From Nitrosopumilaceae archaeon (lineage in GTDB: Archaea > Thermoproteota > Nitrososphaeria > Nitrososphaerales > Nitrosopumilaceae): a stretch of DNA of 64,000 nucleotides. Below the pieces are notes generated by a model. It did not search any database. It was not told where the DNA came from and was given only the letters and a program-made list of their open reading frames with translations. The stretch lies in NCBI GenBank assembly GCA_965209085.1, contig OZ242376.1, positions 1,629,555 through 1,693,554 on the forward strand. Direction: 5' to 3'. A program made the translations under genes and the position numbers. Shown here piece after piece: positions 9,429 to 18,800 of this stretch (position 1 is its first letter; the number at the start of each line of letters is the position of its first letter).

Positions 9429-10079
9429 TTAGTCCCACTTTGACCAAGCGGCCATCCACCTGTATGTCCAGGTGTTCAGCTTCACACCCAATGCCGCCAT
9501 CGTTACCGATAGCACTGCTCCGGCACCAGCACCTAACGCGACAGGACTATTGTAGAACTTTCCTACCTGCGGTTCGATTGGTGTCATGTATGGAGGCAAC
9601 GTTGGTCTTGGGTACTTGAACGCAGTCTCAAGTGGGTCTGCCACGGTAATTAGATTGACCATGTTGAACAGTGGTAAAGACATTCCAACCAGTACGCCAC
9701 CGAATAGTATCAGTGAGTGCTTGTTGCGTTTTGTTGCCCAGTATGCCAAATCCAACAGCATTGCTGATGGGAGCCAAACTGGAGTAACAATGAAGTCATA
9801 TGGATAACCAAGTGCAAACCATGCGCCCTTGGCAATCCACGTATACACTGTCATAATCAATGCGTAATACGTAGCTGTTCCTGGAACGCCAGTAAAGGTG
9901 AGATAATATGTCGCACCTACAACTAACATCAAAGTTTGCGATATTGAAAATATCGTAAACGATGTCCAAGCCCAGTCAGTATAGAAGATATAATCTCCCG
10001 CATTGATTGTCAATAGAGTCGAATTTACCGCAACTACAATTATGAAGAGGTAGTGGGTACATCGTCTAAGCCAGACCAT
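9429..10079 (-). CDS. amoA: Archaeal ammonia monooxygenase subunit A (216 aa)
   Basis: Canonical archaeal AmoA, MVWLRRCTHYLF...YRWMAAWSKWD; true start at ATG 10079. Confidence 0.99.
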   Translation of the reverse strand: MVWLRRCTHYLFIIVVAVNSTLLTINAGDYIFYTDWAWTSFTIFSISQTLMLVVGATYYLTFTGVPGTATYYALIMTVYTWIAKGAWFALGYPYDFIVTPVWLPSAMLLDLAYWATKRNKHSLILFGGVLVGMSLPLFNMVNLITVADPLETAFKYPRPTLPPYMTPIEPQVGKFYNSPVALGAGAGAVLSVTMAALGVKLNTWTYRWMAAWSKWD

Positions 10080-10514
10080 TGTTAGATTAACAATAAGGTT
10101 AGTATATAAAATTATAGCAAGATATGGACGCATGTAGCCAGTCACAGGCGTAAAAAAGACAATATTGCCAAAAATCGCCGATTTTACTGATGCTTATTTG
10201 GTAAATATCGATATTTCAGGCATTATCCACACCTTTGGCATCCATGGTCATAATCCATGAGATCTGCCTGATCGACCATATTGCCAAAAGTGATCTGTTT
10301 GAATCAAGAATTTAAAGAACGATTGCCTAGTTGGGTATACAGTCAGAATCTAATTCATGGGGCAATTATGTAGATATCAAGAGACAAACGCGGCCGCAAC
10401 TCTTGTTTACTTGCATCCAAAAGTATGATTTGTTCAATATATGGCTGAACGTGAAAAATATCGTATCATGTACAATAGATCAGAATCTAATTTGAATTGC
10501 AGTATGCATTACAT

Positions 10515-10593
10515 TAGACCATATGTATGATTGGCCAAATTCACAATTTTTACAAATAAAATGACTGATTTGAACGATTATGCATACGGTGTT
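10515..10593. repeat. MITE family B, decayed copy
   Basis: TAGACCATATGTATG...CCAAATTCACAATTTTTACAAATAAAATGACTGATTTG...ATTATGCATACGG is reverse-complement similar to 49607-49686. Confidence 0.75.
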
Positions 10594-10826
10594 ATACCCA
10601 TTTGACCATTTCGTATATCTGAAAATGGAACATATGTTTTGCATGAAATTATGATCAGATGATCAGAATATGAAATCAGACGTATGATGTAGCAAAAAAT
10701 ATCCAAATGTATAGTCGGTTATGTTGGACGCGATATGAGCGTACGTAAATACGGTTTTTTAGAATTTAATTCCCGCCACCATAATACGGCATGGTAATTC
10801 ACTGCATGTGTAATTCTAATGTACAA

Positions 10827-10904
10827 TAGATATTTGCGTAATCATTCAAATTAGTTATTTTATTTGTAAAAATTGTGTATCTGATCCATTATGCATACGA
10901 TCCA
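10827..10904. repeat. MITE family B, decayed copy (opposite orientation to 10515)
   Basis: TAATCATTCAAATTAGTTATTTTATTTGTAAAAATTGTG...TCCATTATGCATACGATC is similar to 49607-49686. Confidence 0.65.
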
Positions 10905-11070
10905 ATAGAAATTAATGAACCTGTACGTATAACCACGACATTGTAATTGATTTGAAGATCATACAGTTTCATAAATATCAATAAACAAACATTACAGTTG
11001 GCAGGTTGATAGAAAAATAAAATCTACAAACAACACTAGGAAGTATTCAAAAATGAAAAAAAATTGCTAT

Positions 11071-11433
11071 CTAGTGTCCTACGAACAATGAAATTAATAC
11101 TGTACCTACTGCTACTGCGCCAAGTGTAACAGCAATGAGTTTGTTGCTGTTTTTAGATGAACCCTCTTCGCATACTTTGACGGAAAATAGGTAGGCAATT
11201 GACTCGACAATAGTCAAGACAATAAATGCATAGTGTCCGCTAGGTGTGGGGTAAGCCCAAGGATAATAGAAATATCCTGCTGCAGTACCTCCGAACGTGG
11301 CTAGCCATGCTGCAATGAAAGAAAGCGTGATAATGCCAGTCATGTTTTCTACACGACGACCAATCATTTTTTCTACATCAGCTGCACCGACACCGCCGCC
11401 GCCACCTGAACCAAATCCTTTTGGTAGAGTCAT
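11071..11433 (-). CDS. amoX: Ammonia monooxygenase subunit X
   Basis: MTLPKGFGSGGG..MIGRRVENM..YFYYPWAYPTPSGHYAF; located upstream of amoA. Confidence 0.92.
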   Translation of the reverse strand: MTLPKGFGSGGGGGVGAADVEKMIGRRVENMTGIITLSFIAAWLATFGGTAAGYFYYPWAYPTPSGHYAFIVLTIVESIAYLFSVKVCEEGSSKNSNKLIAVTLGAVAVGTVLISLFVGH

Positions 11434-11524
11434 TTGAACTAATGAGATATTGAATCCTTTTAAGTCTTTTTAATTAAATAGTATGCGCTGTGTCTGAAAA
11501 TCACCAATATTCCATAAAGATGGA

Positions 11525-11605
11525 GTATGAGGTCACATCATGCCTAGAATTTATGCAATAAATGAAGATGTATGCACAAAATAGCACGAGGTGCTGACCT
11601 CATAC
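11525..11605. mobile_element. MITE family A (81 bp)
   Basis: TIR GTATGAGGTCA / TGACCTCATAC; near-identical inverted copies at 16592-16672 and 44285-44365. Confidence 0.85.
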
Positions 11606-11812
11606 AAGATGGGCTATTCACAGGCATTGTAGAGTTTCTGAGTGTGAAAATACATGTATGCACTATAGATCCGTGAACTAGAGTTGGCCGTAATTCACGT
11701 AAAATTGTATACAAACTATGGCCTGTCATATATCTAATAATTTGCCTTGAATGTTTGAACTTTTGTAACCGTCTAAAGTTTCAAAGTTGTATGCATATTT
11801 GATCAAACACAA

Positions 11813-13005
11813 TAGACCTCATACATAATTAACCAAAAAATCAATTTTGGCAAATCGAAAGATCTATGATCTAGTATCAGGTGCGCATAGCATATGCCAA
11901 TCAGACAAACGCATGATCTCTAAACTGAAAAAGACGATCTTAAAGATGGGAAAGAAGAGTTCCATGCAGGAAAAAAGAATTTCCAATCAAAAAGAAAGAA
12001 TTTCCAAGCTGGAAGCAAAGAATCAACGCTACAAAAAAACGACTCTGAGCATCAATGATGACAAAAGACAGCATGTCGACAAATATTTGAACAAGGGAAT
12101 TGGGAATGATGTTCATCCATATGAAATGACAGGAATGAACCGTGAAGAATTTGAATGGATTCTAGAACGGTTCTGAAAAACCGTGGAAGATTCGTCAGAG
12201 ACTTCCCGCTTTTCAGAATATGTGGACAATCCTGAAAACATCTATATCCTTACCGTAAAGCAAGTTTTGTTTATCGTAGTGCCGCAAACGCAATAATCTC
12301 AAACCGGGAGCACTTGCGTTCATTGCAAACGTTGATCAGAGCACCATTAGCAGATATCTGACCTTTTCTGATGAGCAGTTGATGGATGTTCTTCCAACGG
12401 CTAAGAATATTGGTGCTGCAATACGGACAATACGTACAAGCGAGTTGTTTAAAAAATTCGTACCTGGCAGGGGCGGCGGCGAGATGTATCTTGATGCCAC
12501 GTTTGTACAGGTTCAAAGGCCGCAGGAGAATCCAGAGGCAGTATACTCTGGAAAACGCAAGAGGCACGTCTACAGCGTACCGATAGCCTCCAACAAAGAT
12601 GGAGTGGTAAATGACATTGGCGGTCCAGAAGAGGGCTCAGTACACGACATGGAGGTACTGCGGCGTAATCTGCCAAATTTTGGCAAATGGACCGATGGTA
12701 TGAAAAATCCGGACACGAAAAAAGAGCGCCAAATTATGCTATATACTGACAAGGGATATCTGTCCGTGGAAAAAGACTATCCTGGAATTATCTCAAAACA
12801 ACCGTACAAAAAACCAAAGGGCAGGGGATTGACAGAGGCAGAACGCGAATACAGCAAGAGGATCAGTCGTAAGCGCATAAAAATAGAGCATGCCATAAAC
12901 TGACTCAAATGGTTCCGTAGAATGAGTGCTGTATATGATGATACAATGGATGCGTTTTATACAGAAATCCAAGTGGTTACAGGACTGACCAATCTGCACA
13001 TGTCC
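11813..13005 (+). mobile_element. Decayed IS5-like (DDE_Tnp_4/ISL2-type) element with transposase pseudogene
   Basis: Left TIR TAGACCTCATACATAAT at 11813; fragments LDAT..QRP, YSGKRKRH, DKGY and RIKIEHAI; stops at 12174 and 12901 plus frameshifts. Confidence 0.85.
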
Positions 13006-13367
13006 AATTTGCATCAGAGAGTAACATTTCTGAATTTTACCGGCGTCTTGCAAAAAAGAGAGGATCATCCAAGGCCAAAGTTGCAGCAGCGGCCAAGATG
13101 CTTGATGTCATATTTGGTATGCTAAAGGATAGGAGTGAATTTGAAATACATCATAGTTAAAGCAACAAACCGCGGGTTAGACTTTGGAGATGTTACCCCG
13201 GTTGCATAACTGCGGTAAGCTTTAACATGTGGATAAAGATGGTTGTGGGATTAAATCCCGAATGGATAGATGTCTTTTCATCTTTTGGTTGGAAACAGAC
13301 ACATGGCGAAAGCCATACCGCATGACACAAAAAAGCAAGAAACCTTTAAAAAATATTCACATGAATA
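12999..13367 (+). mobile_element. IS110/IS1111-type relic: transposase C-terminus plus non-coding right end
   Basis: LAKKRGSSKAKVAAAAKMLDVIFGMLKDRSEF with stop at 13160; highly similar to 52233-52599; followed by the TIR remnant TGGTCTA at 13368-13374. Confidence 0.85.
13161..13330 (+). ncRNA. Putative bridge/seek RNA, copy 1
   Basis: Same two-loop architecture and guide segments as 52395-52560. Confidence 0.7.
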
Positions 13368-13621
13368 TGGTCTAATCATCATATTCTAGATGTGGAACTT
13401 TGGACAGATGTGAATTTTTTTTTGAATTGTATCTTGTAGGTGTCACTTGCAGTTTTCAATATTTTCCAATATGTGCTGCAAATGATTTCCGCATAAAGTA
13501 CAAACAGCATTGAAGAATATTTTCTAGTTTATCATATGAGAAAACGTTTTCTGTAAAAATACATGTGGAAAAAATCTAGCAGACAGCGTCTGCTGGTATG
13601 TTGAAAAATGAGATAAGTTTA

Positions 13622-14191
13622 CTAGATTACTTGCCAAGGTCTTGTAGCGAATGTTATTACATATCCGACGCCAATTATGATTGACTGGTATGCAATGTTT
13701 GTGTAAGGTATCTCTTTGAGAATGTAAGAACCTTCGACTACGACTGTTTGTCCCGGACCAAGACCTGGACCAACGGTTGCCACGTTGAGTTGTGTGTGTA
13801 CATGGTATACACCAGGCTCTAAAGCCTTTGCGCAGATTTTGTATGGGACAAGATCGTTTCCTTCAATGTCAAAGACGTTTCCAGGAGGATCTCTAGATTG
13901 TATCTCCCATCTGTTTCCTGCATTAGTTGATTCTGAGAATATTGAAACCCATGCTCTCAGATCTCTTTCTACAAGACTTTGTAGTTCGCCTTCAAGACAA
14001 AGTTGTTCACCAGTATTAAATGACTGTCCGTTAAAGGTTTCATCTTGGATCTTTACGAAACGACTTTGTAGTTGTGCTTGAACTCCGTGTGCTTCTGCAG
14101 TAGGCAGTATGGTATCAACCCAGTTGAAACCGAGGCTACCTAGTGCCAAAACTGCACCAAGTCCAATTACAAGAATTGTGTTGTTTTTCAT
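13622..14191 (-). CDS. amoB: Ammonia monooxygenase subunit B
   Basis: AEAHGVQAQLQSRF, YHVHTQLN and TFATRPWQVI. Confidence 0.98.
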   Translation of the reverse strand: MKNNTILVIGLGAVLALGSLGFNWVDTILPTAEAHGVQAQLQSRFVKIQDETFNGQSFNTGEQLCLEGELQSLVERDLRAWVSIFSESTNAGNRWEIQSRDPPGNVFDIEGNDLVPYKICAKALEPGVYHVHTQLNVATVGPGLGPGQTVVVEGSYILKEIPYTNIAYQSIIIGVGYVITFATRPWQVI

Positions 14192-14432
14192 ATCTGTTAA
14201 CTTGCATCAAACTACACATGGTTATATGTTTTATCTTATCATACGTGAGTTGGATATTGTTTAATGGCTATGATTAACATAGTTTTAATATCTGTAAATA
14301 ATGAATAATAGCAATTTTTTATCAAAATATTCAAAATTATCGCATACATTTTAGCAATATTTATGTTAATTTTCATGCATTTACGTATATTTGATACTAT
14401 TGCTTTATATCAGATGAAGTGGTAATATCAGT

Positions 14433-14996
14433 ATGACACAAATGCCGGCACTGATCCCAAAAGAAGTCGAAATCCAAAGATTGAAAAAGATTTGGCTCAT
14501 CATAATAGCCATGGGTTCTGTTGCTGCATCCGTCGAAGTAGACAACTTCGTCGACGGATCTCTGCACCAAACATCTATCAGAGATAGCGCATTTACTCCA
14601 GCACACTGGTGGCTATATTCCCACTTTGTGGCGCTACCACTCGGTTGGGGTTCTGTAGCAATCTATGACAGAAAGGTGCCCATACTTCGTGGACCAAACA
14701 ACTCGATGAACACGGGACTCAAAATGACCATTCTTGGTTATCTTGCAACCATGTTTACGATTGGTATAAATGAAATGTGGCACTTTTGGTTTGTAGAAGA
14801 GATATTTGCAGTACCGAACCACTGGATGTTCAACATGGGTGTTGTTGTGGCCTTTATGGGCGCTCTAGCTTACGTAGTTAGAGTGTACGCAAGGCTCGTC
14901 GAACTTGGCGCAGAAACGCCTGGTGAGAACCCCTATATCGCCGAGATGTACAAGATGGCTTTAGAGGGCAAACTATACAGCAGATCCATACCCTAG
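14433..14996 (+). CDS. amoC: Ammonia monooxygenase subunit C
   Basis: MPALIPKEVEIQRL, DGSLHQT.IRDSAFTPAH and NEMWHFWFVEE. Confidence 0.98.
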   Translation: MTQMPALIPKEVEIQRLKKIWLIIIAMGSVAASVEVDNFVDGSLHQTSIRDSAFTPAHWWLYSHFVALPLGWGSVAIYDRKVPILRGPNNSMNTGLKMTILGYLATMFTIGINEMWHFWFVEEIFAVPNHWMFNMGVVVAFMGALAYVVRVYARLVELGAETPGENPYIAEMYKMALEGKLYSRSIP

Positions 14997-15207
14997 ATGC
15001 AACGCACCAATTTTTTTATTTTTATTTCACCATCAGCGAATGCTGTACAACAGTTTGCACCCAATTTTTCAGAGGCTATTATTCCAGGTTCCGGCAGCCG
15101 CTTCCACCTATGCCTAAAACGAGGTTATTTTGCAGGCAATTATACCCATATATCGCATATAAGGCAATTTGAGAAATGTATATATCATACACAAATAACC
15201 TGAATTC

Positions 15208-15477
15208 ATGCTACCTGTATTAGGAATGTTCCTGAATATCATATCAGCACTGACTGGACAGCTTGGACCAAACTATGATCCATTGTTCTACGATGTGATG
15301 GTCTACATCTTTGGCACAATAATGTTTACGGTTTTCCTGCTATCAATCATAGCTTACTGGCTACGTGTACACGGCTGGGGCTACAAAGACAACCGCGAAC
15401 GCTGGATTGACGAATTAGACAGACATTTTGAAAGAGAAGGTATCGGTCTCATTCCAGACAACGGAAAGTACTGGTAA
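15208..15477 (+). CDS. Small single-pass membrane protein downstream of amoC
   Basis: 89 aa with one clear TM helix; own TATA-like box (ATGTATATA ~15176); poly-T terminator after the stop. Confidence 0.75.
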   Translation: MLPVLGMFLNIISALTGQLGPNYDPLFYDVMVYIFGTIMFTVFLLSIIAYWLRVHGWGYKDNRERWIDELDRHFEREGIGLIPDNGKYW

Positions 15478-15582
15478 TCTTTTTTTATATTTTTATTTTT
15501 CAAACCCACAGGGTTGGAATTTGCAGCTTGCCGCAAAACACGTTAGAAAAACTATGAAAAGTCAGATTTAATTTTTCGCAAG

Positions 15583-16119
15583 TTATTGGATTGGGTCTAC
15601 TGGTAAAAAGTCACGATCCTTTACATCATCATATTCTTTTGTCATAAACTTTGCAACATAATGCTCTTTGTCCACAAACGGCACTCGGATAAAGCTGTTT
15701 ACAGGTTTGCCGTCTACCAGTACTGTCGATCTGCTTTCATCCATGTCCCGCAGTGGAAAGTCCCACATCCATAGAAAATGTCCCAGCTCAAACGGCCACT
15801 CTTCTTCCCATGTTGCATATATTTTGCCATCATCTGCAAGCGTGTACATTGTTCTTTTACATCCATCATCAAATCCCACGTTGGCAGGAATATCCGCTTT
15901 TTGTCCGTCAACATACAGTTCCAGTGTTGCAGAAATTTCATACGGAGTGTACCTGTTGTTGATGCACACTTTGAGAGGATTGTCCACGTTAAGCTGGGTT
16001 TGTACTGCAGTGCTAGCTGCTGCAACTGATATTGCAATCACCGCCGTAATTATGAGGAATTTTAACGTCTGTTTTCTTTTGGCTGGATCACCCATGCCGG
16101 GCCAGTTCATGACATACAC
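15583..16119 (-). CDS. Membrane-anchored hypothetical protein (start may be the downstream MGDP)
   Basis: N-terminal TM helix; IPANVG..GC..MYT motif. Confidence 0.75.
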   Translation of the reverse strand: MYVMNWPGMGDPAKRKQTLKFLIITAVIAISVAAASTAVQTQLNVDNPLKVCINNRYTPYEISATLELYVDGQKADIPANVGFDDGCKRTMYTLADDGKIYATWEEEWPFELGHFLWMWDFPLRDMDESRSTVLVDGKPVNSFIRVPFVDKEHYVAKFMTKEYDDVKDRDFLPVDPIQ

Positions 16120-16213
16120 ACAAGTAAGATTCCTTAAAGTCTTTTCTAAAAACCAGTATTATTCAAAACATACCTTGCGGTAAGTGTCAAACAATAAAAA
16201 TAGAAAACAGGGA

Positions 16214-16543
16214 TTAGCCTCTACCTTGTGCTGCGTATTTGCCTTTGCGACTACGTATCATAAATACGCCTGCAATGCTGCCAAAGATGGCACCAGATAT
16301 CACAGAAGCACCCAAGACGCTGCTTGCGTCAATATACGGAGTTCCCGAGCCAGCACCTGGATTATTTTTTACAGCTAAAACACGTGCATGTTGGAGTTTT
16401 AGAGCCTCTTCCAAGGTAAATCTACCAGTTTCGCCTTCAGAGCCAACGTTACCACCATAGTATTGTGCTGAAGCACTGGTAATACCAAGGCTTACAACAA
16501 GTACTGAAGCGAGAATACCAGATAAGAGTAGTGTTGTATTCAT
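16214..16543 (-). CDS. Exported membrane-anchored hypothetical protein
   Basis: Signal peptide MNTTLLL..ASAQ; GSGTPY; C-terminal TM plus basic tail; start moved to 16543. Confidence 0.75.
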   Translation of the reverse strand: MNTTLLLSGILASVLVVSLGITSASAQYYGGNVGSEGETGRFTLEEALKLQHARVLAVKNNPGAGSGTPYIDASSVLGASVISGAIFGSIAGVFMIRSRKGKYAAQGRG

Positions 16544-16591
16544 GTATGTTTTAAACAACCAAGAGTATTTAACTTTACCTTTATTTTTGGT

Positions 16592-16672
16592 GTATAAGGT
16601 CAGCATCTCGTGCTATTTTGTGCCTACATCTTCATTTATTGCATAAATTCTAGGCATGACGTGACCTCATAC
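16592..16672. mobile_element. MITE family A (81 bp), inverted relative to 11525
   Basis: GTATAAGGTCAGC...GTGACCTCATAC. Confidence 0.85.
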
Positions 16673-16727
16673 TTTTTGGTCATCTCAAAGGCAAAGGTTA
16701 ATCTTGAAACAAATATGCCACGTTTAC

Positions 16728-17177
16728 ATGGGCAGACTACATTCGCATAGGCACGGCAAATCCCACTCTACTAGACCGATAACTGCGGTAATTCCAAAAT
16801 GGGTCACGCAGGATACGGCCGAGATAGAAGATATGATTGAAAAATATGCCAAAGATGGCATGAGTCCAAGTCAGATAGGGATAAAGCTGCGCGATCAACA
16901 CTCCATACCACTTACAAAATCCATTACGGGTAAGACAATATCGGAGATACTTGTAGAGCACAAACTGCTCCCCGATCTGCCGGAAGATTTGGACAACATG
17001 GTCAAAAAGGCAGTAGGTTTGCAAAGACACCTCAAAGTAAACAAGGGCGATCGGCGTAACGTCAGATCCTTGGAGCTCATAGAGGCCAAAGTTCACAGAC
17101 TTACCGTATATTACAAGCGCATAGAGCGCATTCCGAAAAACTGGAAATATAAGTCAGTCATTGCCCAATTAGAATAA
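16728..17177 (+). CDS. rps15: 30S ribosomal protein S15 (uS15)
   Basis: MGRLHSHRHGKS, PSQIGIKLRDQH and LELIEAKVHRL. Confidence 0.96.
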   Translation: MGRLHSHRHGKSHSTRPITAVIPKWVTQDTAEIEDMIEKYAKDGMSPSQIGIKLRDQHSIPLTKSITGKTISEILVEHKLLPDLPEDLDNMVKKAVGLQRHLKVNKGDRRNVRSLELIEAKVHRLTVYYKRIERIPKNWKYKSVIAQLE

Positions 17178-17178
17178 C

Positions 17179-18591
17179 ATGCAAAAAGACCTTGGAGAAT
17201 CGCTTTCGTATTTTGCAGATACTATACACGATGCGATCAAAACCGGAAAAACATTTTCTGTTACGACCCATTCAGACTGTGACGGATTAGTTTCAGGATC
17301 CATACTCTCCTCGGCACTTGACAGGGCGGGTGCAAAATTTACCATTAGAACCATACAGGGGTTTGAAGTGGATTCTGTAAAATCCCTCGAACGCGACGTA
17401 AATCTGATAACCGATCTTGGCAGTAATAACGCATCCGAGATTGAATCAAAGATTGGCGGCGAGTGGTTTGTTTTGGATCACCACAGTGCGTCAGATTCAG
17501 AGTTGGAAAATCAAAGAGTGATAAACTCTTGGAAGTTTGGAATCGATGGCGGTACTGAGGCATGCAGTGGTACAATGGCATATCTTGCTTCAGTTGCGCT
17601 TGATTCGGATAATTCGGATCTTTCAAAATTAGCTTTGGTTGCGGCAATAGGGGACAGGCAGGACAAAGGCGAGAGAAAAACAATGCTAGGAGAGAATGCA
17701 AAAGTGCTAAAAACTGCCATAGATGCCGGACTTGTCGAATCACATCAGGATCTGCTTTTGGTTGGAAGGGAAACGCGCCCGCTTGCAGACGCGATGGCAT
17801 TTACTGCAAGACCGTTTATCGAGGGGGTTACGTGGAATCATAAAGCATGCATGGAGATTTTAAAATTATGCAACATTCCGCTAAAAAACGGAGGCAGATG
17901 GCGCGTTCCCGCAGAGCTCTCAAAGGAAGAAAAAGATTCCATTTTAAAATCACTAGTAGAGCATGCACACGGTGAGAATGCCTCAGCGGTAATCCACGAG
18001 ATGATTGGCAGTGCGTACATTTTGAGTATGGAAGAATATGGAAGCTGCACGCGCGATGCCAGGGAATTTTCCACAATGTTAAATTCCTGTGGGCGCATCG
18101 GCATGCCAGGTATTGGCATCGCAGTGTGCATGGGAGAACGCGGTACAATGCTCAAAGAAGCAGACGGGATGCTCGTACAGTACCGTTCTATGATTAAAGA
18201 ATACATGAATGTGCTCTCCGGCGAGAGATGGAGAACTAGCAGCAGTGGCAAATGTATAATGGTTGACGGAAGCGGACTTGTTCCAGAATATATGACCGGT
18301 ACTGTATCCTCGGTTATAGCAGGAGCGCCAAAAAACGCCGGAAAGATTGTCATTTTGAGAACCAACAGCGGCGGAGATTCTGTGAAATTCTCCTCGCGCA
18401 AATCATCCAAATTTGCCGGTAAAATCAGCCTCAGCGATGTTATGCACAATGGAGCGAAAAAATTTGACGGTATGGGCGGAGGCCACGATGGGGCTGCAAG
18501 TGCCCGCATAACTAGAGACAAATTAGACGGTTTTCTTGACTATCTTGAGGCAAATGTCGCTAACGTGCAAGATCAGGATAATAATCCGTGA
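17179..18591 (+). CDS. DHH/RecJ-like phosphoesterase
   Basis: HSDCDG, TDLG, LDHH and GGGHDGAA motifs. Confidence 0.9.
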   Translation: MQKDLGESLSYFADTIHDAIKTGKTFSVTTHSDCDGLVSGSILSSALDRAGAKFTIRTIQGFEVDSVKSLERDVNLITDLGSNNASEIESKIGGEWFVLDHHSASDSELENQRVINSWKFGIDGGTEACSGTMAYLASVALDSDNSDLSKLALVAAIGDRQDKGERKTMLGENAKVLKTAIDAGLVESHQDLLLVGRETRPLADAMAFTARPFIEGVTWNHKACMEILKLCNIPLKNGGRWRVPAELSKEEKDSILKSLVEHAHGENASAVIHEMIGSAYILSMEEYGSCTRDAREFSTMLNSCGRIGMPGIGIAVCMGERGTMLKEADGMLVQYRSMIKEYMNVLSGERWRTSSSGKCIMVDGSGLVPEYMTGTVSSVIAGAPKNAGKIVILRTNSGGDSVKFSSRKSSKFAGKISLSDVMHNGAKKFDGMGGGHDGAASARITRDKLDGFLDYLEANVANVQDQDNNP

Positions 18592-18799
18592 AATGACCAA
18601 AGAGAAGATCAAGACTGTTTGTGAATCACTAGAACCGGACAATGTTGATTTTCCAAAAGGCCTGTCCATGAGCATAAAACATGAATCAACGGTACTGTTT
18701 TTGGATTTTGAAGGAACCGGCAGGGCTGTGGCATCTCTTTCTCCTACAATAGACGAGGTGCTCGGACACGTGCAGACATCGCTTGGAGTTATAAAATAA
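18554..18799 (+). CDS. KEOPS Pcc1-like protein
   Basis: SLEPDN motif, small size, and position between the DHH gene and serS. Confidence 0.65.
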   Translation: MSLTCKIRIIIREMTKEKIKTVCESLEPDNVDFPKGLSMSIKHESTVLFLDFEGTGRAVASLSPTIDEVLGHVQTSLGVIK

Positions 18800-18800
18800 A

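Noticed and set aside
10145-11070. Possible CRISPR array or hidden gene in the long amoA-amoX spacer
   Set aside because: There are no regularly spaced direct repeats and no ORF of 60 aa or more; the repeats present are dispersed MITE relics.
12922-13125. 67-aa ORF in the ORF track
   Set aside because: It is a chimeric read-through of the IS5 tail into off-frame IS110 sequence.
13577-13596. Palindrome AGCAGACAGCGTCTGCT downstream of amoB
   Set aside because: It is a single short hairpin with no further support; at most a terminator or stability element.
11525-16672. Inverted MITE-A pair as the cause of the amoB/amoC order
   Set aside because: Flipping this whole block would put three other genes between amoX and amoC and would not restore a compact A-X-C-B order.
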